Assembly (NCBI GenBank): GCA_937902665.1
Contig: CALELM010000046.1
Coordinates: 3,740 to 67,739 of the forward strand
DNA from: an uncultured Selenomonadaceae bacterium
GTDB taxonomy: Bacteria > Bacillota > Negativicutes > Selenomonadales > Selenomonadaceae
DNA: 64,000 nucleotides
Reading direction: 5' to 3'
This document shows positions 8,269-17,929 of this stretch, piece by piece. A program made the position numbers and the translations under genes. How positions within the stretch are numbered: the stretch's first letter is position 1; each line of letters begins with the position of its first letter. The notes under the pieces are model-generated. The model did no database searches. It was given only the letters and a program-made list of their open reading frames with translations, and was not told the DNA's origin.

Positions 8269-9213
8269 ATGGCGCTTATCAGGAAGGAGTCGTTTGGCAG
8301 GATTCGTGATGGGAGGGAGTCCTTCCTTTATATACTGAGAAATACGAAGGGAACGGAAGTCGCTGTCACGAACTACGGAGCGAGGCTGGTTTCATGGAAG
8401 ATTCGGGACAGGGCGTTCCAAAAGGTGAATGTCCTGCTGGGATTTTCGGAGGCGGCAGGCTATGAAAAAGAAAAGTCGCTTTTGTGTGCGGCAGTTGGAC
8501 AGGATACTGGCGATGCATTGGCGCTTTCTGCGAAGCTGTGGGAGGCAAGCGAGGAAGGCGGCAGGTTGCGCTTGACGTGTGCGGGCGAAAACGGCGGAGA
8601 GGATACGGTGAAGATAACGTATGCACTTTCCAATGATAATGAGCTGAGCATTCGTTATGCGTGGAAGCCTGTGCCAAGTGCTGTGAATGAAATGACGCAT
8701 CGCGCATGCTTTCATTTGGATGGGAGCGCATCCGATTCCTTGGAGAAGCAGAAGGTAAAAATTTTTGCAGATACATTTTGCCGGCAGGAGGACCGCTTGG
8801 CAGGACAGGAGTTTCTTCCCGTGGAAGGAACGTCCATGGATTTTGGGGAGCTTTCAGAGATTGGGACACGCATGAGCGAGTTCGGCGGAGATGGGATTGC
8901 TTACTGTATTCGGGATGAGAAGCCAGTCGTGGAAATGGAACTTGGCATGTTTGGCTATGACATTTTTTGCCCCATTGATTACAATGACGGCGGGTTGAGG
9001 CAGGCAGTTCTTGCCGAGAGCGCAGAGTCAGGCATTTCTCTTGCTGTGTATACGACACTCCCGACCATGATTTTCCGTGCAGGGGATTGCCTGCAGGGGA
9101 GCGGAAAGCAAAAAGGGCTTTGCTTGGAAACTCATTTCGGTGAGGAGCTTCTGCCGGAGGAAAAGGGTACAGTGCGGGAGGCACAGCTGGTATATGCCTT
9201 GAAGGTTCGGTGA
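8269..9213 (+). CDS. Aldose 1-epimerase (mutarotase)-like protein
   Basis: VTNYGARLVSWKI N-terminal pattern. ATG at 8269 is preceded by AAAGGAGGTGGAG. Confidence 0.55.
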   Translation: MALIRKESFGRIRDGRESFLYILRNTKGTEVAVTNYGARLVSWKIRDRAFQKVNVLLGFSEAAGYEKEKSLLCAAVGQDTGDALALSAKLWEASEEGGRLRLTCAGENGGEDTVKITYALSNDNELSIRYAWKPVPSAVNEMTHRACFHLDGSASDSLEKQKVKIFADTFCRQEDRLAGQEFLPVEGTSMDFGELSEIGTRMSEFGGDGIAYCIRDEKPVVEMELGMFGYDIFCPIDYNDGGLRQAVLAESAESGISLAVYTTLPTMIFRAGDCLQGSGKQKGLCLETHFGEELLPEEKGTVREAQLVYALKVR

Positions 9214-9364
9214 TTTTTCTGGATGTGCCAAGAAAATACGGGGCATGGAAGGGATGTCCTTGGGCTGTGGGATAATTCCGTGCGGTATTGCAGTTGAATT
9301 TGTTGATCAGGGGAATCCATAGAAGGAATTCTCTTTTGATAGCCAATATTAGGGAGGCGTGAGG

Positions 9365-10558
9365 ATGAATATTCATGAATATCAGAGCAAGCAGATCCTG
9401 AAATCCTACGGGGTCAATGTGCCGAATGGAATGCCGGCATTCACGGTGGAGGAAGCCGTGGAAAATGCAAAGAAGCTGGGGAGTGCCGTTACAGTCGTAA
9501 AGGCACAGATCCATGCCGGCGGACGAGGAAAGGCTGGCGGGGTCAAGATTGCAAAAAGTATCGAAGATGTTGAGAAGTATGCAAAAGAGATTCTCGGCAA
9601 GACGCTGGTAACGCACCAGACAGGACCGGAGGGAAAGAAGGTAGGTCGCCTTTTGATAGAGGAAGGCTCTGCTATCAAAAAGGAATACTACCTTTCCTTT
9701 GTCATTGATCGCCAGACGGCTCGCGTGGTCATGATGGGTTCCGAAGAAGGCGGCATGGAGATTGAGAAGGTAGCGGCTGAGATGCCAGATAAGATTATCA
9801 AGGAATATATTGATCCTGCGATTGGGCTGGCACCGTTCCAAGCAAGCCGCATGGCATACGCTATGAATATCCCGCAACCTGCGATTCGCAAGGCTGCGAA
9901 TTTGATGGGCTGCCTGTATCGTGCATTTATCGGCAAGGACTGTTCTCTTGCGGAGATCAATCCGTTGGTCGTGACGGAGGCGGACGATGTTATTGCGCTG
10001 GATGCAAAGCTCAATTTTGATGACAGCGCACTTTTCCGTCATCCTGACATTGAAGAAATGCGTGATGAGACGGAGGAGGATCCAAAGGAACGTGCCGCAT
10101 CGAAGGCTGACCTCAATTATGTCAATCTGGGAGGGGACGTTGCCTGCATGGTAAACGGTGCCGGTCTTGCTATGGCAACCGTTGATATTATCAAGTATTA
10201 TGGCGGAGAGCCAGCGAATTTCTTGGATGTTGGCGGTGATTCTACACCAGAGAAGATTGCAGCGGCATTCCGCATCATGCTGGATGGCGGGCAATCCAAG
10301 GGAATCTTTGTGAACATCTTCGGCGGCATCAATAAGTGCGATTTGGTGGCTGAGGGCATTGTGGAGGCTGCAAAGATTATCTCCGAGGATGGGAAGTCCA
10401 TTCCTGTTCCCGTTGTGGTTCGTCTGGAAGGAACGAATGTGGAACGGGGGAGGGAGATTCTCAAAAACACACCAATCAAGAACGTCATTATGGCTCCAAC
10501 CATGGAAGGCGGCGCGGAACAGATTGTTAAGCTCGTTAAAGAAGCGGAAAATGCCTAA
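9365..10558 (+). CDS. sucC: Succinate--CoA ligase (ADP-forming) beta subunit
   Basis: [20 protein letters not shown] start and ATP-grasp architecture. ATG at 9365 follows AGGGAGG. Confidence 0.95.
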   Translation: MNIHEYQSKQILKSYGVNVPNGMPAFTVEEAVENAKKLGSAVTVVKAQIHAGGRGKAGGVKIAKSIEDVEKYAKEILGKTLVTHQTGPEGKKVGRLLIEEGSAIKKEYYLSFVIDRQTARVVMMGSEEGGMEIEKVAAEMPDKIIKEYIDPAIGLAPFQASRMAYAMNIPQPAIRKAANLMGCLYRAFIGKDCSLAEINPLVVTEADDVIALDAKLNFDDSALFRHPDIEEMRDETEEDPKERAASKADLNYVNLGGDVACMVNGAGLAMATVDIIKYYGGEPANFLDVGGDSTPEKIAAAFRIMLDGGQSKGIFVNIFGGINKCDLVAEGIVEAAKIISEDGKSIPVPVVVRLEGTNVERGREILKNTPIKNVIMAPTMEGGAEQIVKLVKEAENA

Positions 10559-10572
10559 GGAGGCCTGTCGAG

Positions 10573-11478
10573 ATGGGAATTTTAGTAAATAAAGATACAA
10601 AGGTTATTGTTCAGGGGATTACTGGCAAGGCAGCAACGTTTCATACGAAGCAAATGCTGGAGTATGGAACGAAAATCGTGGCAGGCGTGACTCCGGGAAA
10701 GGCCGGCCAATGTGTGGAGGGCGTGCCTGTCTACAATACGGTGAAGGATGCTGTGGAAGCAACTGGGGCTACAGCTTCTGTCGTCTATGTGCCTGCTCGC
10801 TTTGCAGCCGATTCCATTATGGAAGGCGTAGATGCGGGACTTGACTTGGTTGTCTGCATTACGGAGCATATTCCTGTGCAGGACATGGTAAAGGTTTGCC
10901 GTTACATGGAAGGGAAGAAAACACGTTTAATTGGGCCGAACTGCCCCGGTATTTTGACTGCAGATGAGTGCAAGCTTGGTATTATACCGGGATATATTTA
11001 CAAGAAAGGCCATGTAGGGGTAATCTCTCGTTCCGGGACCTTGACCTATGAGGCAAGCTTTCAACTGTCTGCGGCAGGCATCGGGCAGACGACTGCTATC
11101 GGCATTGGCGGTGACCCTGTCAAGGGGACGGACTTCATTGATGCGCTGGAACTTTTCAAGAACGATCCTGAAACGAAAGCTGTCTTGATGATTGGCGAGA
11201 TTGGCGGCACGGCGGAAGAGGATGCAGCAAAGTGGATCGCCGAGAACATGAAGGATAAGCCGGTCGCTGCCTTCATAGCTGGTCGGCAAGCGCCTCCGGG
11301 CAAGCGTATGGGACATGCCGGCGCCATCATTGCAGGGGGCAAGGGAACGGCTGCTGACAAGATTAAGGCGCTGAATGCAGTGGGCATCGAGGTTGCAGAT
11401 ACGGTTGCCCATATCGGTGAAACGGTAGTCAATACACTCAAGAAGGCAGGAATTTATGAGGAATGCCATACCTGCTGA
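10573..11478 (+). CDS. sucD: Succinate--CoA ligase alpha subunit
   Basis: [18 protein letters not shown] and GHAGAII motifs. Confidence 0.95.
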   Translation: MGILVNKDTKVIVQGITGKAATFHTKQMLEYGTKIVAGVTPGKAGQCVEGVPVYNTVKDAVEATGATASVVYVPARFAADSIMEGVDAGLDLVVCITEHIPVQDMVKVCRYMEGKKTRLIGPNCPGILTADECKLGIIPGYIYKKGHVGVISRSGTLTYEASFQLSAAGIGQTTAIGIGGDPVKGTDFIDALELFKNDPETKAVLMIGEIGGTAEEDAAKWIAENMKDKPVAAFIAGRQAPPGKRMGHAGAIIAGGKGTAADKIKALNAVGIEVADTVAHIGETVVNTLKKAGIYEECHTC

Positions 11479-11545
11479 GAAGAGCGCTCTTGGGTGAAAT
11501 GAAACTTTCGAGAAGGAAATTCGGAAAATATGGAGAAGCTACTAC

Positions 11546-11694
11546 TATAACGAAGCTAAGATGTCCCCTTCTTCAACAGCTTGCTGTAAGTGGGGAAGCC
11601 AAATTTTAACAAGCGGTGAGCAAACTTTCGCTTCGTTGAAACGCAAATTGGAGGGAAAATGCTTATGGCATTTTCTTGAACAATGGCGTTATAA
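11546..11694 (+). repeat. ~150-bp intergenic repeat element, copy 1 (MITE/REP-like)
   Basis: TATAACGAAGCTAAGATGTCCCC...GAAAATGCTTATGGCATTTTCTTGAACAATGGCGTTATAA. Terminal inverted TATAACG/CGTTATA. Nearly identical to copies at 12243-12392 and 24731-24881. Confidence 0.85.
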
Positions 11695-11745
11695 GGGTAT
11701 GGCTGGTGAAGAGGTTTCAGGAATTTTGAGGTAGGCGAAGTCGAT

Positions 11746-12192
11746 ATGGTCATGATGAAGCCACAACAAAAAATAAAGAATTGCTCCATTTGTGGGAAGC
11801 CCTTCGTGGATATCAGCGGTCGGAGGCTTTGCAGGGACTGTTATGCGAAGGAAGAGGAAATAGCAACGGAGGTCATTCACTATGTCAGGGATCATCCGCA
11901 TGCGACGCAGCAGGAGGTTATCGAGGCAACGGGTGCGACCCTTCCGCTTTTGAGGCAGATGATCCGTGAGGGACGATTCGAGACGATGGAGTTTCAGGTC
12001 AGCTATCCGTGCAGCGTGTGCGGTGCTCCGATTGTTAAGGGGAAGCTTTGCATAAAATGCACGAACACCATGCAGAGCCGTCTGCATCGTGCGGCAAGTG
12101 CCATCATGGCGAAGCAGAAACAGGCAGAGCTGGAGAAAGCGCGTATGTTTGTTTCGCGATTGAATGAAACAAACAAAAAAAATCCAAAATAG
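11746..12192 (+). CDS. YvyF-like flagellar-operon zinc-ribbon protein, isolated paralog
   Basis: 148 aa with CxxC...CxxC pairs at both ends and a central VIHYVRDHP...EVIEATGA...MIREGRF segment. By-eye identity to the ORF at 29632-30048 upstream of flgM is roughly half. Confidence 0.7.
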   Translation: MVMMKPQQKIKNCSICGKPFVDISGRRLCRDCYAKEEEIATEVIHYVRDHPHATQQEVIEATGATLPLLRQMIREGRFETMEFQVSYPCSVCGAPIVKGKLCIKCTNTMQSRLHRAASAIMAKQKQAELEKARMFVSRLNETNKKNPK

Positions 12193-12203
12193 AAATAAGA
12201 GAA

Positions 12204-12241
12204 AGCGGATTCGTGTGATTGCTGCACGAATCCGCTTTTTG
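12204..12241 (+). terminator. Intrinsic terminator after the yvyF-like gene
   Basis: AGCGGATTCGTG-loop-CACGAATCCGCT perfect 12-bp stem followed by TTTTT. Confidence 0.75.
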
Positions 12242-12242
12242 C

Positions 12243-12392
12243 ATAACGAAGCTAAGATGTCCCCTTCTTCAACAGCTTGCTGTAAGTGGGGGAAGCCAAA
12301 TTTTAACAAGCGGTGAGCATATCTCCCGCTTCGTTGAAACGCAAATTGGAGGGAAAATGCTTATGGCATTTTCTTGAACAATGGCGTTATAA
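12243..12392 (+). repeat. ~150-bp intergenic repeat element, copy 2
   Basis: Same orientation as copy 1. It differs mainly in an ~8-nt central patch. Confidence 0.85.
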
Positions 12393-12419
12393 AAAAGCAG
12401 AGGCAATCTCTGCCTCTGC
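12391..12419 (-). terminator. Intrinsic terminator of ldh
   Basis: GCAGAGGCA-ATCTC-TGCCTCTGC perfect 9-bp stem, followed on the minus strand by TTTTTT. Confidence 0.7.
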
Positions 12420-12441
12420 GAAAAAATCGACCATTTGAAAA

Positions 12442-13398
12442 TTATTTGATGCCTGCGCCGTCAAGTGCGGAACGAACGCTCTTTGCTGCTGCGTGGAGTG
12501 CTTCGAGCTCTGCATCCGTGAGATTGATCTCAAAGGAACGCATGATGCCATCCGCGCAAACCATGCGAGGGATAGAAAGCGCTACATCGTGGATTCCATA
12601 CTCGCCATCGAGGACAGCGGAGCAAGGGAGGATCGTATGCTCATCATAAAGCACAGATTTGATGAAGCGGCATGCTGCCATTGCGATTCCCGTGTTCGTG
12701 AAGCCCTTGCGGTTGATGACATCATAAGCAACCTGCACCAGCTCATTTTCGATAGCCTTCTTGTCAAGAGGCTCTGTCTTGTGGAAATACTGGTCGAGAA
12801 GCTCAATCGGGAAGCCGGCACAGCCAGTCGTTGACCAAGCAACAAAGGCGTTGTTGCCATGCTCGCCGAGAACATAGCCGTTGATGTTCTTCGGATCTAC
12901 TTGGTACTTATCAGCGAGGATGCGGCGGAACCTGTAGGTTTCGAGCATCGTGCCAGTGCCGAGGATAAGGTTGCGCGGATAATCAAACTGGGTGGAGACG
13001 ACATAGGTTGCAACGTCAAGAGGATTCGTGATCATGATGATCATGGCTTCCTTCGTGCGCTTTGCAATCTCACCGAAGACGGACTGCATGATCTTTGCAT
13101 TCGTTCCGGCAAGCTTCAAGCGGTCAGGCGTTTCGCCCGGACGAATGGAAGGGCCTGCGGTGATGACGATGATATTAGCGTCCTTGCAGTCATCATAGTC
13201 GCCAAGGTAGAACTTGATGTTTGTGCTGTAAACGCAGCTGGTAGCATGGCTGGAGTCCTTTGCTTCGCCCCATGCCTTGTCCGTGTTGAGGTCAATGAGT
13301 GCAACTTCCGTTGCGAGCTGGAAGTCTGCAATCTTGTTTGCGACGGCAGAGCCGACATTGCTGGCACCGATAACGACGATTTTTCTTCTGTTGTTCAT
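12442..13398 (-). CDS. ldh: L-lactate / L-2-hydroxyacid dehydrogenase
   Basis: KIVVIGASNVGSA Rossmann start, ITAGPSIRPGETPDRL and GEHGNNAF motifs. ATG at 13398 follows AGGGGG. Confidence 0.85.
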   Translation of the reverse strand: MNNRRKIVVIGASNVGSAVANKIADFQLATEVALIDLNTDKAWGEAKDSSHATSCVYSTNIKFYLGDYDDCKDANIIVITAGPSIRPGETPDRLKLAGTNAKIMQSVFGEIAKRTKEAMIIMITNPLDVATYVVSTQFDYPRNLILGTGTMLETYRFRRILADKYQVDPKNINGYVLGEHGNNAFVAWSTTGCAGFPIELLDQYFHKTEPLDKKAIENELVQVAYDVINRKGFTNTGIAMAACRFIKSVLYDEHTILPCSAVLDGEYGIHDVALSIPRMVCADGIMRSFEINLTDAELEALHAAAKSVRSALDGAGIK

Positions 13399-13688
13399 GT
13401 TGCTTTTACCCCCTGAGAATGAATTGATAGAGATGTAACCCCTAGATATCACCATCGTAACATTTTCTGAGGAGAACTGTCAATGTAAATTGCAAAAGGA
13501 AAGCTTTAAAAATTCGTTGTATTCAAATTTTTTAGGCTTTTTTTCCGGATGGAAGCAAGATTGCATGGGATACGGGAGCTTTTTCAAGTATTTGTGAAAT
13601 AGGACGGAAATAAAAAGCATGATGGATGGAAGCAGCTTTATGGAGATGCGCAAAAGAAGAAAGCTGAAAGGAAAAGCATGTTTTGGTA

Positions 13689-13717
13689 TTGTCATGCGGT
13701 GGGTTTTATTATATATT
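13689..13717 (+). promoter_or_regulatory. Possible sigma-70 promoter of the mbl-flg operon
   Basis: TTGTCA-17 nt-TATATT, about 75 nt upstream of the mreB/mbl start. Confidence 0.35.
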
Positions 13718-13791
13718 ATCTGTGTGGGAGATTCTTCTCTTGCAGGTTTGTTTGGCATGGGTTGTGTTTCGGAAGGGGATTGTTTTTTCTT

Positions 13792-14817
13792 ATGTTTGGG
13801 ATGAACATGGATATAGGTATAGATTTGGGAACGGCGAATGCCATTGTTTATGTGAAGGGCAAGGGCATCGTGCTTCGTGAGCCGTCTGTTGTTGCGATTG
13901 ACAAGGATACGAACCGAGTGCTTGCCATTGGCGAGGAAGCAAGGCAGATGATCGGCCGTACGCCGGGAAACATCGTGGCGATTCGTCCGCTTCGCGAGGG
14001 TGTTATCGCAGATTATGATGTTACGGAGCGGATGCTCCGCCATTTCATCGAAAAGGTAGTAGGAAAGAGCTTTGTGTTTCGGCCCCGCATCATGATCTGT
14101 ATTCCATCAGGCGTTACGATGGTGGAGCAGCGCGCGGTGCAGGAGGCTGCCGAGCAGGCAGGGGCAAGAAGTACGCAGTTGATAGAAGAGCCACTGGCAG
14201 CGGCACTTGGCGCAGGGCTGGACATTTCGGAGCCTTATGGCTCGATGGTCGTGGATATTGGCGGAGGAACGACAGACATTGCGGTGATCAGCTTGGGCGG
14301 GATTGTCATGAGTGCCAGCCTGCGTATCGCAGGAGATCGTTTTGATTCGGACATCATCGCTTATGTGAAGCGTGAATTCAATGTGATGATTGGAGAACGC
14401 ACGGCAGAAAATATCAAGATAAGTGTCGGAGCAGCATTTCAAGATGCACGCAATGAGGTAATGGAGGTACGTGGAAGGGACTTGCTTTCCGGATTGCCCA
14501 AGGTCATCCATGTTACGACCGCACAGGCTTCGGAGGCCATGTCGCTGTCTGTGGAAAGCATCATTGCATGCGTGAAGAAGGTGCTGGAGGAGACACCGCC
14601 GGAGCTGGCTGCGGATATCATGGATCGCGGAATCGTTATGACAGGCGGTGGTGCAATGCTTTATGGGCTGGATGAACTGATCCGCAGGGAAACAGAGATT
14701 CCAACATCGGTTGCAGAGGATGCTCTCTCTTGCGTGGCTCTTGGTTGCGGCAAGGCATTGGATGTGTTCTCTGGATTTGACGGGAAGGCAACAAATACGA
14801 AGTTCAAGCGCAAGTGA
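13792..14817 (+). CDS. mreB: MreB/Mbl actin-like rod-shape protein
   Basis: DIGIDLGTANAIVYVKGKGIVLREPSVVA and DIGGGTTD motifs. Its position before two rod genes mirrors B. subtilis mbl-flhO-flhP. Confidence 0.9.
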   Translation: MFGMNMDIGIDLGTANAIVYVKGKGIVLREPSVVAIDKDTNRVLAIGEEARQMIGRTPGNIVAIRPLREGVIADYDVTERMLRHFIEKVVGKSFVFRPRIMICIPSGVTMVEQRAVQEAAEQAGARSTQLIEEPLAAALGAGLDISEPYGSMVVDIGGGTTDIAVISLGGIVMSASLRIAGDRFDSDIIAYVKREFNVMIGERTAENIKISVGAAFQDARNEVMEVRGRDLLSGLPKVIHVTTAQASEAMSLSVESIIACVKKVLEETPPELAADIMDRGIVMTGGGAMLYGLDELIRRETEIPTSVAEDALSCVALGCGKALDVFSGFDGKATNTKFKRK

Positions 14818-14844
14818 TACTTGATGAATATGAGGTGACAGGTT

Positions 14845-15648
14845 ATGTGGCGTGGCTTGTATACGGCTGCTTCCGGCATGATTGCGGAGACGCATCGCAC
14901 AGATACGATCGCAAATAATTTGGCAAATTCCGGCACGGCAGGATTCAAGAAGGATGTGGCAATCAGCAAGGAGTTTGAGCCGATGCTGATTCGTCGAATC
15001 AATGACGATGATCCGAGGACAAAGGTTACGTCCTTCAAGGGCTTCCATCTTGGGAGCAAGGCACCGGCTGTTGGCACGTTGGGGCTTGGTTCTGCCATTG
15101 CCGAGGTAGCGCCGGATCATGAGCAGGGAGCTTTTCAGACAACGGGAAACCCATTGGACGTAGCAATTTCCGGCGATGGTTATTTTGGGGTACAGACACC
15201 GCAGGGGATTCGGTACACGAGGGATGGTTCTTTTTATCGCGCTGCATCGGGGCAGCTGCAGACACGCAAGGGACAGCCGGTGCTTAATACGCAGGGACGT
15301 CCGATTGCGATTCCGCCGGATGCAACGAGCATTAGCATTGGGGCTGATGGGAGCATTACGTCAGAGGGACAGCAAATCGGCAGGCTGATGCTGGTTTCCT
15401 TTGGGGACAATTATAGGGCAATGCGCAAGCAGGGCGATAATCTTTGGGTGCCGCAAGAAGGTGCTGAACCCCGTCCAGCGGCAGGAGAAATACAGCAGGG
15501 CTGTTTGGAAAGATCCAATTCCAATGTAGTGACAGAGATGGTGAACCTGATTGCGAATCAACGTATTTATGAGGCTGGTTCCAAGGCCGTTGTCACACAG
15601 GATGCGATGCTGGAGAAATCGGTTACTGAGGTTGGTGCGGCTCGATAG
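14845..15648 (+). CDS. flgF: Flagellar basal-body rod protein (FlgF/FlhO type)
   Basis: MWRGLYTAASGM...IANNLANSGTAGFK N-terminus and a conserved rod C-terminus (MVNLIANQRIYEA). Confidence 0.85.
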   Translation: MWRGLYTAASGMIAETHRTDTIANNLANSGTAGFKKDVAISKEFEPMLIRRINDDDPRTKVTSFKGFHLGSKAPAVGTLGLGSAIAEVAPDHEQGAFQTTGNPLDVAISGDGYFGVQTPQGIRYTRDGSFYRAASGQLQTRKGQPVLNTQGRPIAIPPDATSISIGADGSITSEGQQIGRLMLVSFGDNYRAMRKQGDNLWVPQEGAEPRPAAGEIQQGCLERSNSNVVTEMVNLIANQRIYEAGSKAVVTQDAMLEKSVTEVGAAR

Positions 15649-15756
15649 GATAGACAGACGTTGAAGCAGTTAAGTTTTTTTGGATAAATTCGATATATTT
15701 TTGATGGATACGAAAATTTATGGGCCAATGATGGCAGGAATAGGGGAAGTTGCTTT

Positions 15757-16551
15757 ATGATGAGAGCAATGTGGTCGGCAGCATCGGGCATGGTCGGCCA
15801 GCAGAAGCATATTGATGTAATTGCGAACAATATCGCCAATGTAAATACCTACGGCGGCAAGCAGGTTCGGACGGAATTTCAGGATCTGGTCTACCAGAAT
15901 CTTCGGGGAGCAGGTGCGGAGAGCGGTGCGGATTCCCAGTACCCTACGGGACTGGCGATTGGCCTTGGCACGAGAGTAGCGGCAACGCAGCGCGTCTTTG
16001 CGCAGGGACCTGTGCAGACGACAGCGAACCCGACTGATGTTGCGATTGAGGGAGAAGGTTTCTTTCGAATAGAGATGCCGGATGGCACGACTGCTTATAC
16101 GAGAGACGGCACGTTCAAGCTGGATTCCAATCGGCGGATGGTTACGACAGATGGCTATCCTTTGGCCGATGGCATTACCTTGGACGAAACGGCACCGAGC
16201 GATACCATTACGATTTCCTCGGACGGGCGTGTTTCCTGCAAGCCGGCAGGCAGTGACCAGCCGCAGCAGGTCGGGCAGATTACGTTGGCCCGTTTTGTCA
16301 ATCCTGCGGGGCTTGAGGCGATTGGAAAGAATCTTTATCGGGTTACGGCGGCTTCGGGAGATGCAATCGAGGGCAATCCGGGCGAGGAAGGCGCAGGAAC
16401 TCTGATTCAGAGCGCATTGGAGATGTCATCGGTTCAGATTGTTGAGGAAATGGTTGACATGATTGTTGCGCAGCGTGCGTATGAGTCCAATTCCAAGGCG
16501 GTTACGACAGCGGATTCCATGCTGGAAACGGCAAATGGGCTGAAGCGATGA
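15757..16551 (+). CDS. flgG: Flagellar distal rod protein FlgG
   Basis: MRAMWSAASGMVGQQKHIDVIANNIANVNT and EEMVDMIVAQRAYESNSK termini. Confidence 0.9.
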   Translation: MMRAMWSAASGMVGQQKHIDVIANNIANVNTYGGKQVRTEFQDLVYQNLRGAGAESGADSQYPTGLAIGLGTRVAATQRVFAQGPVQTTANPTDVAIEGEGFFRIEMPDGTTAYTRDGTFKLDSNRRMVTTDGYPLADGITLDETAPSDTITISSDGRVSCKPAGSDQPQQVGQITLARFVNPAGLEAIGKNLYRVTAASGDAIEGNPGEEGAGTLIQSALEMSSVQIVEEMVDMIVAQRAYESNSKAVTTADSMLETANGLKR

Positions 16552-17279
16552 TGAAAAAAATAATGGCAGCCATTCTGTGCTTTTTGCTGGGTGGCTGTTT
16601 TTTCCTTCCCATGGCATGGGCGGCGCAGTATTCCCAGGTTTTGCCATCGAGCCAAATGGTAGAGATTGCAAAGGCAGGCTTGGAGGAGGAACTCCAGAAT
16701 ATAGGAGAGAACAGGCGGCATGAAATTGTATTGATGCGTGCACCCAAGGACTTGCTTCATCCTTATGGGGAAATCACTTGCGAGGTAAGCTTTCCGAAAA
16801 GGATTGAGTATGGTGCATTGATTCCTGCTCATATCAATGCCTTTTTGGACGGCAAGCATTTTAGGAGAACAATTTGCTATTTCCGGCTGAAGGTTTACGA
16901 GCAGGTGCTGGTAGCAAAAAAAGACTTGTTTCTGGAGCATCCCATTGGGAACGATGACGTGCATTTAGAGGAGGTTGAGCTTGTTCATCGAGGCGCAGAT
17001 TATCTGACAAGCGTGCAGGATGCTATCGGGCAGGTACCAGCAAGGGCAATCCGTTCGGGGACTTTGCTGACGAAGCGAATGCTGCAAACGCCTGTGGTTA
17101 TGGACGTGGGGTCATCTATTACCATGATAGCAGAGCATCATGGGGTACGGGTCAGCATGGAAGGCGTTGCTATGGAACGGGGGCGTATTGGGCATGTGAT
17201 TCGTGTCCGCAATGCGGTCTCCAGAAAGATATTGCGAGGCAGGGTAGTGGATGCGTCGACCGTGGAATTGATTTCGTAG
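16548..17279 (+). CDS. flgA: Flagellar P-ring assembly chaperone FlgA
   Basis: Signal peptide plus a C-terminal SAF-type segment (GHVIRVRNAVSRKILRGRVVDASTVEL). Its start overlaps the flgG stop. Confidence 0.8.
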   Translation: MMKKIMAAILCFLLGGCFFLPMAWAAQYSQVLPSSQMVEIAKAGLEEELQNIGENRRHEIVLMRAPKDLLHPYGEITCEVSFPKRIEYGALIPAHINAFLDGKHFRRTICYFRLKVYEQVLVAKKDLFLEHPIGNDDVHLEEVELVHRGADYLTSVQDAIGQVPARAIRSGTLLTKRMLQTPVVMDVGSSITMIAEHHGVRVSMEGVAMERGRIGHVIRVRNAVSRKILRGRVVDASTVELIS

Positions 17280-17319
17280 GAAATACGGATGAGTTGCTGT
17301 ATACAAAGAGGTGAGGGAT

Positions 17320-17916
17320 ATGAAAAACATAAAGGCAGGAAGGTTGCTGGTTTTGGCGTTGGCAGGCTCGTTGGCTGCTATGCCGGCGGCTTCCGCACAG
17401 TCGCTCTGGACGGACAATGATGGGCAGATGTGGAGCGTTTTTGCAGATCGCAAGGCGCATAACGTGGGAGACATTTTGACGATCGTGATCAGCGAAACTA
17501 CGTCCCTGTCGGCTGCCAAGACGAATTCCAACAAGAAGTCCGGCAACCAGAGCTTGAGTGCAGGTACGGGAATCTTTGGCTTTTTGGCGGCGGCTTCGGC
17601 AAGCGGCTCGGATTCCTTTAAGGCAGATGGCTCGGCAACGGATACGAACCGGGTCAAGGCAAACTTGACTGTGACGGTCGTGGAGGTTCAGCCAAACGGC
17701 AATATGGTGGTCGAGGGAACGCAGTCCATTTGGCAGAACAAGGATGAGCACAAGATTACCCTTCGGGGCATTGTGCGGCAGGACGATGTGAGCTCGGGCA
17801 ATACGGTGCTGTCCACGCAGGTGGCGGATGCCACGGTGCATTTTGATGGAAAGGGCCCACTCAATGCAAAGCAGAGGCAGGGAATCCTGACGCAAATATT
17901 CAATATCTTGTTCTGA
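17320..17916 (+). CDS. flgH: Flagellar L-ring protein FlgH
   Basis: SLWTDNDGQMWSVFADRKAHNVGDILTIVISE core. The signal peptide ends in ASA. The protein has no cysteine anywhere. Confidence 0.9.
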   Translation: MKNIKAGRLLVLALAGSLAAMPAASAQSLWTDNDGQMWSVFADRKAHNVGDILTIVISETTSLSAAKTNSNKKSGNQSLSAGTGIFGFLAAASASGSDSFKADGSATDTNRVKANLTVTVVEVQPNGNMVVEGTQSIWQNKDEHKITLRGIVRQDDVSSGNTVLSTQVADATVHFDGKGPLNAKQRQGILTQIFNILF

Positions 17917-17929
17917 TGAGGGAGAAATT

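Noticed and set aside
8366-10600. 744-aa ORF on the minus strand
   Set aside because: It runs antisense to the clearly recognisable mutarotase-like and sucC genes. It has a Pro/Ser/His/Arg-rich low-complexity translation with no motif, and no SD. It is an artefact of an open antisense frame.
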